Below are positions 1 through 10,517 of a stretch of DNA of 64,000 bases, piece after piece. How positions within the stretch are numbered: position 1 is the stretch's first letter; each line of letters starts with the position of its first letter. Made by a program: the position numbers and the translations under genes. The stretch lies in the NCBI GenBank assembly GCA_046582655.1, contig JAYGDX010000016.1:64001-128000 (forward strand), written 5' to 3'. Below the pieces are notes generated by a model. It ran no database searches. It had not been told where the DNA came from and worked only from the letters and a program-made list of their open reading frames with translations. This DNA comes from Candidatus Poribacteria bacterium. Its GTDB lineage: Bacteria; Poribacteria; WGA-4E; UBA9662.

Positions 1-17
1 AAATCATTTTCAGGTCA

Positions 18-45
18 AAAAAAACCGGTGAGAAATCACCGAGGC
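18..45 (-). terminator. Possible rho-independent terminator on the minus strand
   Basis: Stem CGGTGA/TCACCG with a 4-nt loop, followed on the minus strand by a run of 9 T. Confidence 0.4.
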
Positions 46-553
46 TTAGGGGCGACAGTTAACTTCTGTGAGTTAAGTTGGTGGGAAAGACATAGCGATG
101 TATGGATACGCGACAAAAGTAAATGGTAGATGAGTTCTAAGTATACGTCTATGCTATAATAGCCAAATCTCTGATGAAGATAAAAATGTAGATGAAGGAA
201 GATGCAGAGTAGACCAAAAATCCTCGTATTTGGGAAGTTCTTGCTGTATTTGGTGGGATGTTATAATATAACCTGTAAACCAAAATTTTCCAAACTGACC
301 AAATTCCTTTCCTGTTTAGTGCTATTCCTACCCCCTGATTGGTGGTGAATTCTTTCCCTGATTCAAGGGGCCCGCGTTAAATTGATAGTAGAACAGCTCA
401 CTGACTATCAAAATGCCTAACAGGGGAGTGTCGAATAATTTGAGACGATATCATTTGGCTCTATATTAAAGATAATTTGCATAGAGAATGCAGATTTCAT
501 AACTCCAAACGATGTCTGTCAGATTTGGTTGATGTGAAGGAGAAAGAAATTAA

Positions 554-1528
554 ATGAGAGAAGTTGGTTCCGCTCAATTTACCTATCGTGAAATCAGAGA
601 CTGGGGAGAGTTCCCACCTGGATGGACATTTGAGGATACTCCCGGTGTGGCTGTGGATTCACAGGATCGTGTATATGCCTTCACTCGGGAGAAAAATGGC
701 ATAGTGGTTTTCAATCCTGATGGAAGTTTGTTAAAGTCTTGGGGAGATAATTTATTTAAACGTCCTCACTGCATATTTATCGGATCAGATGATACGGTTT
801 TTTGTGTTGATGATTTTGGTCATGCGGTCCATAAATTTACGGTGGATGGTGAACAGTTGATGGTAATCGAAACTGCGGATAATCCTGCTGATACAGGTTA
901 TGTTTGGGGAGATCAGCCATCAGCTATTGTGCGATCAGGACCACCTTTTAATTTTCCGACCTGGGTTGCGCTGTCACCTGAAGGGGAACTATACGTGACC
1001 GACGGGTATGGGAATGCACGCGTACACAAGTTTACGCCAGAAGGGAAACTGCTTCTCTCTTGGGGAGAACCAGGTGATGGGCCCGGCCAATTTGAGACGC
1101 CGCATAGTGTACACGTGGATAAAGACGGTTGGGTCTACGTAGCTGACCGACAGAATTGCCGGATCCAGATTTTCAGTTCTGAAGGAGAGCATATTGAACA
1201 ATGGAGTGATGTATACTGGCCGTGTGACATGTGTGCTGATGTTGACGATAACCTATATGTGGCAGAAGTCGGCGGCATATTTATGAATCTGGAAAAGGAG
1301 GCCGATTTTACTAGTCCAAATGCCCGCATAACTATAAGGGATATGAGTGGAAATATTAAAGTCGAATGGGGAGAAGTAGATCCGGCTGGTAAAGGTAGAT
1401 ATTTTTCGCCCCACAGCATCGCTGTTGACTCACAAGGTAATCTGTATGTCGGTGAAGTTTCGACTTCCTATCCCGGAGGACAAGCACCTTCGGATTGGCG
1501 CGCTTTCCGCAAGTTCGCCCGAGTTTAA
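554..1528 (+). CDS. NHL-repeat beta-propeller protein, peptidyl-alpha-hydroxyglycine alpha-amidating lyase (PAL)-like
   Basis: Repeated NHL motifs (GVAVDSQDRVY, FKRPHCI, YVTDGYGNARVHKF, GQFETPHSV, YVADRQNCRIQIF); RBS AAGGAG upstream. Confidence 0.85.
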   Translation: MREVGSAQFTYREIRDWGEFPPGWTFEDTPGVAVDSQDRVYAFTREKNGIVVFNPDGSLLKSWGDNLFKRPHCIFIGSDDTVFCVDDFGHAVHKFTVDGEQLMVIETADNPADTGYVWGDQPSAIVRSGPPFNFPTWVALSPEGELYVTDGYGNARVHKFTPEGKLLLSWGEPGDGPGQFETPHSVHVDKDGWVYVADRQNCRIQIFSSEGEHIEQWSDVYWPCDMCADVDDNLYVAEVGGIFMNLEKEADFTSPNARITIRDMSGNIKVEWGEVDPAGKGRYFSPHSIAVDSQGNLYVGEVSTSYPGGQAPSDWRAFRKFARV

Positions 1529-1570
1529 CAGACAGTACGATTGACAGTATAAGTTGAGATTTGGATAACA

Positions 1571-2644
1571 ATGGAAAAATATCGTTGCGCGATTATTGGT
1601 TGTGGTGGACGCGCACATGGTCATGCAAAAGCGTATCAGTTGATCAATCGGGGTGTCTTAGTCGCTTGCGCTAATTTATCTAATGCCGAACGCCGCCAAA
1701 AATTTGCCCTGACTTATGGCATTACCGGTTATGCAAATGCGGTGGAGATGATAGAGAAAGAGAGACCAGATCTGGTACACATCGTGACCATGCCAGATCA
1801 ATGGGTTCTTTTGATGCAGATGGTATCGGATCTTGGTGTTACGGCCTGTTTGGTTGAAAAGCCCATTGCTTGTGGTGTTGAAGACTGGCAGGAGCTGTGT
1901 CAATTAGAAGCTAGATCAGAGACCAAGTTCGGTGTCTGCAAGCAGTTTCGCTGGCATCCACGGATGGTGGACTGCCGTCAAGCACTTCGCTCTGGAAATC
2001 TCGGCGACTTATTGTGGATCAATTTTTTCGCTCGGATGAATCTATCCGCTCAAGGAACTCACATGATTGACTGGGCTATGTCACTTAACGATGATTCGCC
2101 CGTGACGCAGGTTTTTGGCAATATCAGTGGTGCAGGAGGGTTTGACAGCTCATATCCTGCACCAAACGCCTCAGTTGCCCAAGTGATGTTTGCTAATGGC
2201 GTCTGTGGGCTATGGAGTACAGGTCTTACAGCACCAGAGATTATGGATGATTCGGAGATTTATAAGCACACCCATGTGGCTGGATATGCTGAGCGAGGTC
2301 ATGTTATTTTTGAGGAATTTGGTCGATGGTCAATTTCCTCACCTGATGATTCTCGGGGTGGAAAAATCTCCCTTGAAGATCGAAACCGGTATAACGATAT
2401 GGCTCAAGCCAATCTAACCAATGCTATGTTTCAATGGATTGAAAACGATGCCAAACCGGTCGAAACTAATCTCAAAATTGCACTCCACCAATGGAACGCG
2501 GTGTTGGGATTGTACGCTAGTTCTATCTGTCGACAACCAATTGATGTTCCTTTTAATCCGCCTGATGATTTGTTGCTACAATTACAAACAGCATTGGAGG
2601 AAGAAAAGCTATCAAACCGAACCCAGAAGCAAAAAACCGAATAA
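1571..2644 (+). CDS. Gfo/Idh/MocA family oxidoreductase
   Basis: N-terminal AIIGCGGRA Rossmann motif, VEKP motif, QGTHMID. Confidence 0.85.
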   Translation: MEKYRCAIIGCGGRAHGHAKAYQLINRGVLVACANLSNAERRQKFALTYGITGYANAVEMIEKERPDLVHIVTMPDQWVLLMQMVSDLGVTACLVEKPIACGVEDWQELCQLEARSETKFGVCKQFRWHPRMVDCRQALRSGNLGDLLWINFFARMNLSAQGTHMIDWAMSLNDDSPVTQVFGNISGAGGFDSSYPAPNASVAQVMFANGVCGLWSTGLTAPEIMDDSEIYKHTHVAGYAERGHVIFEEFGRWSISSPDDSRGGKISLEDRNRYNDMAQANLTNAMFQWIENDAKPVETNLKIALHQWNAVLGLYASSICRQPIDVPFNPPDDLLLQLQTALEEEKLSNRTQKQKTE

Positions 2645-2712
2645 GAGACTGCGGATTGAGTCTAAATACAAACATGGTTGTGTAATCAGAAAAAATCGAA
2701 TCAGGATAACAA

Positions 2713-3717
2713 GTGAAGGAAAAAGTAATTCTCGATCCACATGGACGTCAGTTGGATAAGATATTTCTGCCAGAAGATTTGGAACGACTCCGTTCCTCGG
2801 CTGACTTGGTATGGGGAAAAAACGAACCGATGCCCATGGAAGAAGTAGATATGGTTAGAGACCGGGTGGTTGCTATTATCACTGGACATTGGCATTATGG
2901 TGATGTTTCAAAGTTTCCACAATTGCGAGCTGTTTTAGAAGTGAGTGGTGGATTTCCGTCTCCCAAGTGTTTAGACTATGCCGCCTGTTTTTCTCGGTGT
3001 ATTAATGTGCTTAGTTGTGCACCTGCCTTTGGACCTGCTGTAGCTGAGATGGGGTTAGGAATGGCAATCGCTGCTGCACGCCAAATCGTCTGGAACGATG
3101 CGGCTTTCCGTCAGGGGAAAGCTAACTGGAGCCACTTGGAATTTGGTGAGACATTTCTGTTATACGGCAAACTGGTTGGTTTCATTGGGTTTGGAGGATT
3201 AGCACGTTCCTTGAAGCCTTTACTGGCGCCTTTTCGCTGTCCAATACAGGTATATGATCCGTGGTTAACAGATACTTACCTGTGTACTCAGGATGTCACA
3301 CCGGTCAACTTAGATTTATTGTTAGCTACCTCGCGTATCATTTTCGTTTTAGCAGTACCGGCGACCTCCAATCGGGTACTCTTGAACCGAGAACTCTTGA
3401 ATCACATATCGGCTGAGTCTGTGTTTGTTCTGCTGAGCCGATCGCATGTTGTTGATTTCGATGTTTTGACTGAGATGCTGGTCGAAGGGCGTTTCAAAGC
3501 TGCCATCGATGTATACCCGGAAGAACCATTACCGCTTGATCATCCCATCCGTAAACTGCCAAATGTCATACTTTCATCTCATCGCGCGGGTGCCATAGGT
3601 GAAGCATTATATAACATTGGCCGTATCATTACTAACGACCTGGAAGCAATTCTTCAGGGACTGGTTCCGCAAGAAATGCAGATTGCCCAACCAGAATCCA
3701 TTCAACTTCGTGGATAG
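2713..3717 (+). CDS. D-isomer-specific 2-hydroxyacid dehydrogenase family protein
   Basis: GFIGFGGLA, YDPW, LLSR, AAIDVYPEEPLP, SSHRAG motifs; GTG start. Confidence 0.85.
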   Translation: MKEKVILDPHGRQLDKIFLPEDLERLRSSADLVWGKNEPMPMEEVDMVRDRVVAIITGHWHYGDVSKFPQLRAVLEVSGGFPSPKCLDYAACFSRCINVLSCAPAFGPAVAEMGLGMAIAAARQIVWNDAAFRQGKANWSHLEFGETFLLYGKLVGFIGFGGLARSLKPLLAPFRCPIQVYDPWLTDTYLCTQDVTPVNLDLLLATSRIIFVLAVPATSNRVLLNRELLNHISAESVFVLLSRSHVVDFDVLTEMLVEGRFKAAIDVYPEEPLPLDHPIRKLPNVILSSHRAGAIGEALYNIGRIITNDLEAILQGLVPQEMQIAQPESIQLRG

Positions 3718-3791
3718 ATATCAACTTGGGATATGGAAAAACCGACAATTGAGTTATCACAGTTTACGTTCAGCAATCTCCTTTCAATTGC

Positions 3792-5042
3792 GTGGATGAA
3801 ACTATTATGTTGAAGCAATCTGGTAACATCATGGCATCGATACAAAACCGATTTGAAGATTTGAAACGGAATGTTCGAACGCGTCACAAAATCGTTGGTA
3901 TCCGGACATGGCACATCAATCTCAATCCAGCGACTATGGCATCAATGGCTTTTTCTTCACCCAAGGACCAATCTAATCTTGTTGTCTCCTCAGTTCCCAA
4001 TAACCATGTTGATTGGCGTGGACCTTTTGCGACCCAAGCAGGAGCACTGATGGTCGAAATCACTACCGACAAAGGATTAAAAGGATATGGCCTGGGCGGC
4101 GGCGGTTTGGCGGCGTCACTAATCATCGACCGCCATATTCAGTATTTTGTCTTGGATCAGGATCCGCTTGAGGTAGAATCAATTTGGGATAACTTGTATC
4201 ATATTACCTCGATCTATGGTCGGCGGGGACTGGTAATCTATGCTCTAAGTGGTATTGATCTGGCTTTATGGGATCTATGCGGGAAAATCTTGGATATGCC
4301 AGTTTACCGTTTAATCACTGATCAACCCAAGTTAGCCATCCCTGCCTATGCAACAGGTACAGATGCCAAATCCTATACGGACCAGGGATTTGCAGCTTGT
4401 AAGATTCCTTTGCCAAATGGTCTCCCCCAAGGAGATAGCGGCTTTTCTGAAAATCTGGATACCATACATCGTGCCCGTCAAGCAATACCGGAAAGCGTGG
4501 AACTGATGGTAGATATCTACTTGCGGTGGGATGTCGATTATACACTTAGGTTTGCCGAGGCAACATCTGACCTTGGCCTCAAATGGATTGAAGAACCCAT
4601 TGCTCTGGATGATTACGAAGGGATGGCCAAACTCGTTCAACAAGTTGAGGCCACTTGGATCGTTTCAGGTGAACATGAATTCACCCGTTATGGGTTCCGC
4701 GAACTTCTTCGTTGGCAAGCAGCCGACATGATACAACCAGATGTTAGCTGGGCGGGTGGATTCGGTGAATGCCTCAGGATTGCCTTCGAAGCAGCTGAAA
4801 TGGGCATTCCAACTTGGCCACATCAAGGAGGTACTCCGTGGGGATTGCACTTGATCGCTTGTTTGCCAATGTTTTGCATGGCAGAAACTTTTGGCTTGTC
4901 ACAGCAAACAGTTGAAAATGAGTTGTTTCGATTGCTGCGGCCAACCCCGGACAACGGCTATTTTTCCTTAACGGATACTCCGGGATTCGGTTTGGAAATT
5001 AATGATGAACTTCTGGATGTCTATACGGCTGACCGACTCTGA
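3792..5042 (+). CDS. Mandelate racemase/enolase superfamily sugar-acid dehydratase (L-rhamnonate dehydratase-like)
   Basis: SGIDLALWDL, LMVD, WIEEP, SGEHEFTRYGF, QPDVSWAGG motifs; true start may be a few codons downstream. Confidence 0.8.
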   Translation: MDETIMLKQSGNIMASIQNRFEDLKRNVRTRHKIVGIRTWHINLNPATMASMAFSSPKDQSNLVVSSVPNNHVDWRGPFATQAGALMVEITTDKGLKGYGLGGGGLAASLIIDRHIQYFVLDQDPLEVESIWDNLYHITSIYGRRGLVIYALSGIDLALWDLCGKILDMPVYRLITDQPKLAIPAYATGTDAKSYTDQGFAACKIPLPNGLPQGDSGFSENLDTIHRARQAIPESVELMVDIYLRWDVDYTLRFAEATSDLGLKWIEEPIALDDYEGMAKLVQQVEATWIVSGEHEFTRYGFRELLRWQAADMIQPDVSWAGGFGECLRIAFEAAEMGIPTWPHQGGTPWGLHLIACLPMFCMAETFGLSQQTVENELFRLLRPTPDNGYFSLTDTPGFGLEINDELLDVYTADRL

Positions 5043-5115
5043 TATTCAGAGAATGCAGCAATAAACATCCACTTTTTAAGGCTTAACGTTACCTTGACGT
5101 TCATAAGATCCACTT

Positions 5116-5973
5116 TTAAACTGTGGCCAAAATAAAACGATCAATTCCGGAAAGATCTGGAATGATATTGCATGCGGTGTAGGCAGGATTTGAATTGACC
5201 AAATCTTGAACTTGCTGACTTTGGTTATGACTAATTTCAAGCATTAGTTTTCCTTCAGGCTTCAGAAATTCTGGTGTGTCGGCAATCAGTCGTTGAATGA
5301 TATCCAAACCACTACATCCAGCAAATAAAGCCACCTCAGGTTCATTATCCCTAACATCAGTGACGAGCTCATTAATATCTGTAGTTCCTATGTAAGGCGG
5401 GTTTGAAATAATCCAATCGTATTTGAGAACATCCAGTTCTATAACCGGTTCGAAAAGATCACCATTCAGGAAAGTGATTCGCTCCTTGCATTGATGCAGT
5501 TTTGCATTATGAAGGGCAACATCAACCGCTGCTTTGGATATATCTGTAGCGATGATTTTCCACGTCGGCTGATTCACGGCCAAACTAACAGCAATAGCGC
5601 CACTGCCCGTCCCGATTTCAAGAATATGACATGGCGTTTTTTGCAAACCCAAAACAGTTTCAACCAGTATTTCAGTTTCCGGTCGAGGAATCAACACCCG
5701 TTCATCAACATAGAAACTTAGGGACATGAATTCACGGGAATTTGTTAAGTAGCTGATTGGAACCCGATTTGACCGCTTTTTGATGAGTGTACGAAAGGCA
5801 GAAAGATTGGGATGGAATACTGGCATATCGAAACCAAGATATAACTGTAGCCGGTCTTTCTTCAGAACATGGCTGAGTAAAAGTTCTGCATCCAAGCGGG
5901 CGCTCAGAATACCAGAACTTTCAAAAAACTTGGTTGTCCACTCTATAAGCTCAATGACGGTCCAAGTTTTCAC
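5116..5973 (-). CDS. prmC: Release factor glutamine methyltransferase
   Basis: [36 protein letters not shown] start overlaps the prfA stop. Confidence 0.95.
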   Translation of the reverse strand: MKTWTVIELIEWTTKFFESSGILSARLDAELLLSHVLKKDRLQLYLGFDMPVFHPNLSAFRTLIKKRSNRVPISYLTNSREFMSLSFYVDERVLIPRPETEILVETVLGLQKTPCHILEIGTGSGAIAVSLAVNQPTWKIIATDISKAAVDVALHNAKLHQCKERITFLNGDLFEPVIELDVLKYDWIISNPPYIGTTDINELVTDVRDNEPEVALFAGCSGLDIIQRLIADTPEFLKPEGKLMLEISHNQSQQVQDLVNSNPAYTACNIIPDLSGIDRFILATV

Positions 5974-7043
5974 GCTTCCAGATTCTTCAGTTTCTCCGCA
6001 CCTTCAGCTGAGATAAGTGAGGATATGAAGGGGTCAAGTTCGCCATCAAGTGTGCTTTCAAGTTGGTAGATACTTAGACCTATTCGGTGGTCTGTTACAC
6101 GTCCTTGAGGAAAGTTGTAAGTTCGGATTTTTTCGCTCCGATCGCCACTACCAATCATTGTTTTTCTTGTCTCTGCCCTTTCAGCATCTTGTTCAGATTT
6201 TGTAATCTCTAGCAATCGAGATCGCAAGATCTTCATTGCCTTAGCTTTGTTTTTGTGCTGAGATTTTTCATCCTGACAGGAAACAACCAGATTGGTTGGC
6301 AAATGAGTAATCCGAATAGCTGAGTCAGTGGTGTTAACGCTCTGCCCTCCAGGACCGGAAGACCTAAATGTATCAATTCGCAAATCGTTCTGATCTATTT
6401 GGATATCTACTTCCTCAGCCTCAGGCAGGACAGCCACAGTTACTGCCGAAGTATGGATTCGGCCGCTCGTTTCGGTGGCGGGCACTCGTTGAACCCGATG
6501 CGTCCCACCTTCAAACTTGAGTTTACTGTACGCATCCTCTCCTTCAATCAGGAAAACGACCTCTTTGAAACCTTTCAAACCGGTTGCACTTTGGCTCAAC
6601 AACTCAACTGTCCAGTTGGATTTCTCAGCATGCCGAGAATACATCCTAAAAAGTTCCGCAGCAAATAGGCCTGCTTCCTCTCCTCCTGTACCTGCACGGA
6701 TTTCTACAATAACATTTCTATGGTCATTCGGATCTTTAGGAATCAGCAGGATTTTAATTTCTTCTTCCAGCTTTTCCTTTTGTATGACAAGAGTTTCCAG
6801 CTCTTGTTTTGCCAAGTCTTGAAACTCATCATCATCTTCCTCGGCAATAATCAATTCAGCTTCTTCAATGTCCTCAAGCAGCTTTTTATAGTCGGTATAG
6901 ATCGACACGATAGGGGCAGTGTCCGCATGCATCTTGGAAAGCTGATGAAGGCGTTTCGGATCCGCTATTTGATCTGGATCTACCAGATTTTTTTCAATTT
7001 CTAGAAACTTAGCTTCAATTTCTTCCAGTTTACTCTTAAGCAT
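5970..7043 (-). CDS. prfA: Peptide chain release factor 1
   Basis: [21 protein letters not shown] (PxT motif), [17 protein letters not shown]. Confidence 0.97.
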   Translation of the reverse strand: MLKSKLEEIEAKFLEIEKNLVDPDQIADPKRLHQLSKMHADTAPIVSIYTDYKKLLEDIEEAELIIAEEDDDEFQDLAKQELETLVIQKEKLEEEIKILLIPKDPNDHRNVIVEIRAGTGGEEAGLFAAELFRMYSRHAEKSNWTVELLSQSATGLKGFKEVVFLIEGEDAYSKLKFEGGTHRVQRVPATETSGRIHTSAVTVAVLPEAEEVDIQIDQNDLRIDTFRSSGPGGQSVNTTDSAIRITHLPTNLVVSCQDEKSQHKNKAKAMKILRSRLLEITKSEQDAERAETRKTMIGSGDRSEKIRTYNFPQGRVTDHRIGLSIYQLESTLDGELDPFISSLISAEGAEKLKNLEA

Positions 7044-7072
7044 TAATCATCCATAAAATATTCTGAGTTGGT

Positions 7073-7087
7073 GCAAAAAGATTGCCA
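7073..7087 (-). promoter_or_regulatory. Putative sigma-54 (-24/-12) promoter for prfA-prmC
   Basis: Minus strand TGGCAATCTTTTTGC = GG-N10-GC with TGGCA and TTGC flanks, 30 bp upstream of the prfA ATG. Confidence 0.6.
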
Positions 7088-7094
7088 TAATTTA

Positions 7095-7120
7095 AATAAA
7101 AGCGTTGCGCGGAACGCCTT
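7095..7120 (-). terminator. Probable intrinsic terminator after dnaK
   Basis: Minus strand AAGGCGTT-CCGCGC-AACGCTTT followed by a T-rich tail. Confidence 0.55.
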
Positions 7121-7184
7121 GTGCTAGAAAACCTAACTGTCCACAGATTCTGAAGAATGTAAGGTTGCAAATTGCTTGAAAATT

Positions 7185-9125
7185 TTAGTTTGTGTCTTTC
7201 TGCTCAGTATCAGTGACTTCTTCTGCCTCAACATCAATGACAGTTTCATCTGCACTTGGATCTGGATCTGGATCGCCACTGGGGCCGTCGCCACTAGTAC
7301 CTTGTGCTTGTGCATCAGCTGCTGCTTTTGCATACATCGCTTCTGCAAGTTTGTGGGAAGCGGTAGTCAGAGCCTCGGTGTCTGCCTTTATAGCTTCGAT
7401 GTTTTCGCCTTTCAGAGTTTCTTTCAATTTTTCAATCGCGCTTTGAATTGCTTCTCGATCTTCTGCTGATACGCTATCTCCATATTCCTCAAGAGATTTC
7501 TCGGTTGAATAGGCCAGGGAATCCGCATTATTGCGAGTCTCGACAGATTCCTTCTTAGTTTTGTCTTCTTCCGAATGAGACTCAGCATCTTTCACCATTT
7601 CGTCAATTTCTACATCGGATAACCCACTAGAAGACTCAATTCGGATCTTCTGTTCCTTGCCGGTTCCCAGATCTTTTGCTGACACGTGAACAATGCCATT
7701 TGCATCAATATCAAACGTGACATCAATTTGTGGTATACCTCTTGGTGCAGGCGGCACACCAAGTAAATCGAACCGACCAAGTGTACGATTGTAGACGGAC
7801 ATTTCGCGTTCGCCTTGTAAGACGTGTATGGTTACAGATTCTTGATTATCAGCAGCAGTTGAAAAGGTTTGGCTTTTCTTGGTTGGGATTGTAGTGTTTC
7901 GTTCAATTAAACGGCTGAAGACTCCACCGAGAGTTTCGATGCCTAGCGAAAGCGGAGTAACGTCGAGAAGCAGTATGTCTTTTACCCCTTCATCTCCAGA
8001 GAGAACGCCACCTTGAATTGCTGCACCTATTGCAACGACTTCATCGGGATTTACACCTCTATGACATTCTTTTCCGAAGAACTCCTCAACTTGCTCTTGT
8101 ACTTTTGGCATTCTGGTTTGACCACCAACTAAAACAACTTGGTCAATCTCGGATGCATTAAGTTCAGCATCTTCTAAAGCTTGCTGGCATGGAGTAATTG
8201 TTCGCTCAACTAAGTCCCCAACCAATTGTTCAAGTTTCGCTCGACTCAGGGAAACATTCAGGTGTTTAGGACCACTTGCATCTGCTGAGATGAAAGGCAG
8301 GTTAATTTCTGTTTGTAGGGTGGTTGACAATTCGCATTTCGCTTTTTCTGCTTCGTCTCTAAGACGTTGCAGAGCCATCGCATCATCACGAAGGTCAATT
8401 CCATTCTCATTTTTGAATTCTTCTGCCAGCCAGTCGACAATTTTGTGGTCGAAGTCATCGCCACCCAGATTTGTATCGCCGTTTGTACTTTTGACTTCAA
8501 AGACCCCATCACCAATTTCAAGAATCGAGATATCGAAGGTTCCTCCACCAAGATCATAAACAGCAATTTTTTCCTCAGCTTTATTTTCCAGTCCATATGC
8601 CAAAGCAGCTGCAGTCGGTTCATTGATAATTCGCAAAACTTCAAGACCGGCAATCTTTCCTGCATCTGTAGTGGCTTGGCGTTGTGAGTCATTAAAGTAT
8701 GCTGGCACTGTAATCACAGCCTGCGTTACTTCTTCGCCAAGGTAGTCTTCGGCTGTTTCCTTCAGTTTGCGTAAGACCATAGCCGAAATCTCAGGGGGTG
8801 TGTGTTCCTGATCCCCCATCTTGATTTGTACGCTTTCATTTTTCCCCTGTGTCACTTTGTATGGGGCCTTGCTTATGTCCTCTGCTACTTCGTTGTACCG
8901 TCTGCCTATAAAACGCTTGGTAGAGAAAATAGTATTTTCTGGATTGGTTACCGCTTGGCGCTTAGCTGGCTGACCAACTAGACGCTCTCCTTCTTTGGAC
9001 ATAGCGACAACCGAAGGTGTTGTTCGAGCACCTTCGGCGTTTTGTATTACGTTGGGATCTCCGCCTTCAAGAATAGCTAGGCAGGAGTTTGTTGTACCAA
9101 GATCAATGCCAATTACTTTACTCAT
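7185..9125 (-). CDS. dnaK: Chaperone DnaK (Hsp70)
   Basis: Starts [14 protein letters not shown] at ATG 9125 with [37 protein letters not shown]. Confidence 0.98.
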   Translation of the reverse strand: MSKVIGIDLGTTNSCLAILEGGDPNVIQNAEGARTTPSVVAMSKEGERLVGQPAKRQAVTNPENTIFSTKRFIGRRYNEVAEDISKAPYKVTQGKNESVQIKMGDQEHTPPEISAMVLRKLKETAEDYLGEEVTQAVITVPAYFNDSQRQATTDAGKIAGLEVLRIINEPTAAALAYGLENKAEEKIAVYDLGGGTFDISILEIGDGVFEVKSTNGDTNLGGDDFDHKIVDWLAEEFKNENGIDLRDDAMALQRLRDEAEKAKCELSTTLQTEINLPFISADASGPKHLNVSLSRAKLEQLVGDLVERTITPCQQALEDAELNASEIDQVVLVGGQTRMPKVQEQVEEFFGKECHRGVNPDEVVAIGAAIQGGVLSGDEGVKDILLLDVTPLSLGIETLGGVFSRLIERNTTIPTKKSQTFSTAADNQESVTIHVLQGEREMSVYNRTLGRFDLLGVPPAPRGIPQIDVTFDIDANGIVHVSAKDLGTGKEQKIRIESSSGLSDVEIDEMVKDAESHSEEDKTKKESVETRNNADSLAYSTEKSLEEYGDSVSAEDREAIQSAIEKLKETLKGENIEAIKADTEALTTASHKLAEAMYAKAAADAQAQGTSGDGPSGDPDPDPSADETVIDVEAEEVTDTEQKDTN

Positions 9126-9786
9126 CTGCTGTGTCCTCCTTTTCTTCGGATACTTCTTCTTTCGTATCTTCTTCATCTGTTTCTGGACTAGATGACCCTT
9201 GTGAGATCGAAACCATTGATGCGCGTAGCACGCGGTCGCGCAACTTATATCCAACTTGGAATTCTGCAACAATTGCATTTGTTGGAAGATCTGATTCAAC
9301 TTGTGCGATCGCCTCATGCAAATTCGGATCGAAATTTCCCCCAACAGCATCAATGGTTGAAACATTGCTTCTTTCAAGAACATTATGAATCTGTTTTTGA
9401 ATCAACTTGATTCCCTCATGAAGAGAGTTGAAATCTGTCGATTCCTTCGCTGATTCAATAGCGCGGTTCATACTATCTATCACTGGTAAGAGGTCCTTTA
9501 TAACACTTTCAACTGCGTACTTTTGGAATTCTTCCTTATCACGAATAGCACGCTTCTTTGCATTTTCATATTCGGCAACTGTGCGTAGCATTCGATCAAG
9601 TTTCGCTTCATACTCTGATTTCAGTTGGTCAATCTCGTCTTCGGCAGAAGGTGGTGTTTCGTCCTCCTCTGATTCCACTTCTTCCTCATTTACAATCGTT
9701 TCTTCATCACCTTCAACAATATCTGTTTCGTTTTCCTCGGCAACATCTGATTGGTTTTCCATGCCTGTTTGCTGTTTTTCTAGCAT
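9118..9786 (-). CDS. grpE: Nucleotide exchange factor GrpE
   Basis: [32 protein letters not shown]; overlaps the dnaK start by 8 bp. Confidence 0.95.
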   Translation of the reverse strand: MLEKQQTGMENQSDVAEENETDIVEGDEETIVNEEEVESEEDETPPSAEDEIDQLKSEYEAKLDRMLRTVAEYENAKKRAIRDKEEFQKYAVESVIKDLLPVIDSMNRAIESAKESTDFNSLHEGIKLIQKQIHNVLERSNVSTIDAVGGNFDPNLHEAIAQVESDLPTNAIVAEFQVGYKLRDRVLRASMVSISQGSSSPETDEEDTKEEVSEEKEDTADE

Positions 9787-9977
9787 ATTAACCTCTTAAA
9801 CTTTATAGTTGAATTCCTAATATCTTAAAGGTAAATGATAAAGCAGGTTTTTTCTTAAATACCCCATCCGAGCTTATGAAAGAGGCAACAATAATTAATT
9901 CGTGTCGTAAACTAGTCTCATAACTTGTATATAAAATACTAATCGAACCTCCAATTTTTTCAATAGCTGAAAGGCTT

Positions 9978-10007
9978 AAAGTACCATTTTAAGCGAAAAA
10001 ATGTCAA
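9978..10007 (-). promoter_or_regulatory. Putative sigma-70 promoter for grpE-dnaK
   Basis: Minus strand TTGACA-N18-TACTTT with an extended -10 TG motif. Confidence 0.45.
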
Positions 10008-10219
10008 GTAAAAATGGACAGGAATTTTGAAAGTGAACCTTTAGGTACAATACAAAAACTTTACCCGACACGTTAAGGAAAGTTTGTTAGTTGAAAACTA
10101 TCGAATTATAACTAAATTTACAAATTTGTAGTGTATGAGGATACTCTTTTTTTGAATCTCCTGGGTTTGATGTGTTTTTGTTTAATTTCCATTTTACATT
10201 TATTGTCTAGCCGGATCGA

Positions 10220-10234
10220 GCAATTAAAATGCCA
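10220..10234 (-). promoter_or_regulatory. Putative sigma-54 promoter upstream of grpE-dnaK
   Basis: Minus strand TGGCATTTTAATTGC = GG-N10-GC consensus. Confidence 0.6.
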
Positions 10235-10282
10235 AAATATAAAGATTGAGTGTCGTAAGAGTTTCAGTTGAGTCCTTAGAAA

Positions 10283-10337
10283 AGTATGTCATTTTGGGAA
10301 TGACACGTTATGTGTCCGTGTGCCAAAATGACATGCT
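10283..10337. promoter_or_regulatory. Inverted repeat, candidate enhancer-binding-protein sites
   Basis: ATGTCATTTTGG (10286-10297) and CCAAAATGACAT (10323-10334) are perfect 12-bp inverted arms with an inner GACAC/GTGTC pair; 50-100 bp upstream of the sigma-54 motif. Confidence 0.5.
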
Positions 10338-10447
10338 GCTTTGATATGTATAACGATTAAGGCTTTAGTTAACAGGGTTCCCTTATTAGCTTAACGCAAT
10401 AAGGCAAACTTGGCGTCATTTTACTTTACCTGAAACTTAGTAAAAAT

Positions 10448-10476
10448 TTGACAAACTCAGATGATTAATATACACT
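10448..10476 (+). promoter_or_regulatory. Sigma-70 promoter for nadA
   Basis: TTGACA-N17-TACACT. Confidence 0.7.
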
Positions 10477-10517
10477 CTACCAAATTTATTTATGCTTTTC
10501 ACTGGAGAATAGCTAGA

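Noticed and set aside
9126..9383. N-terminal extension of DnaK in the ORF track
   Set aside because: Overlaps grpE in another frame; the canonical start and RBS are at 9125.
9790..10460. CIRCE element upstream of grpE
   Set aside because: No TTAGCACTC-N9-GAGTGCTAA match found.
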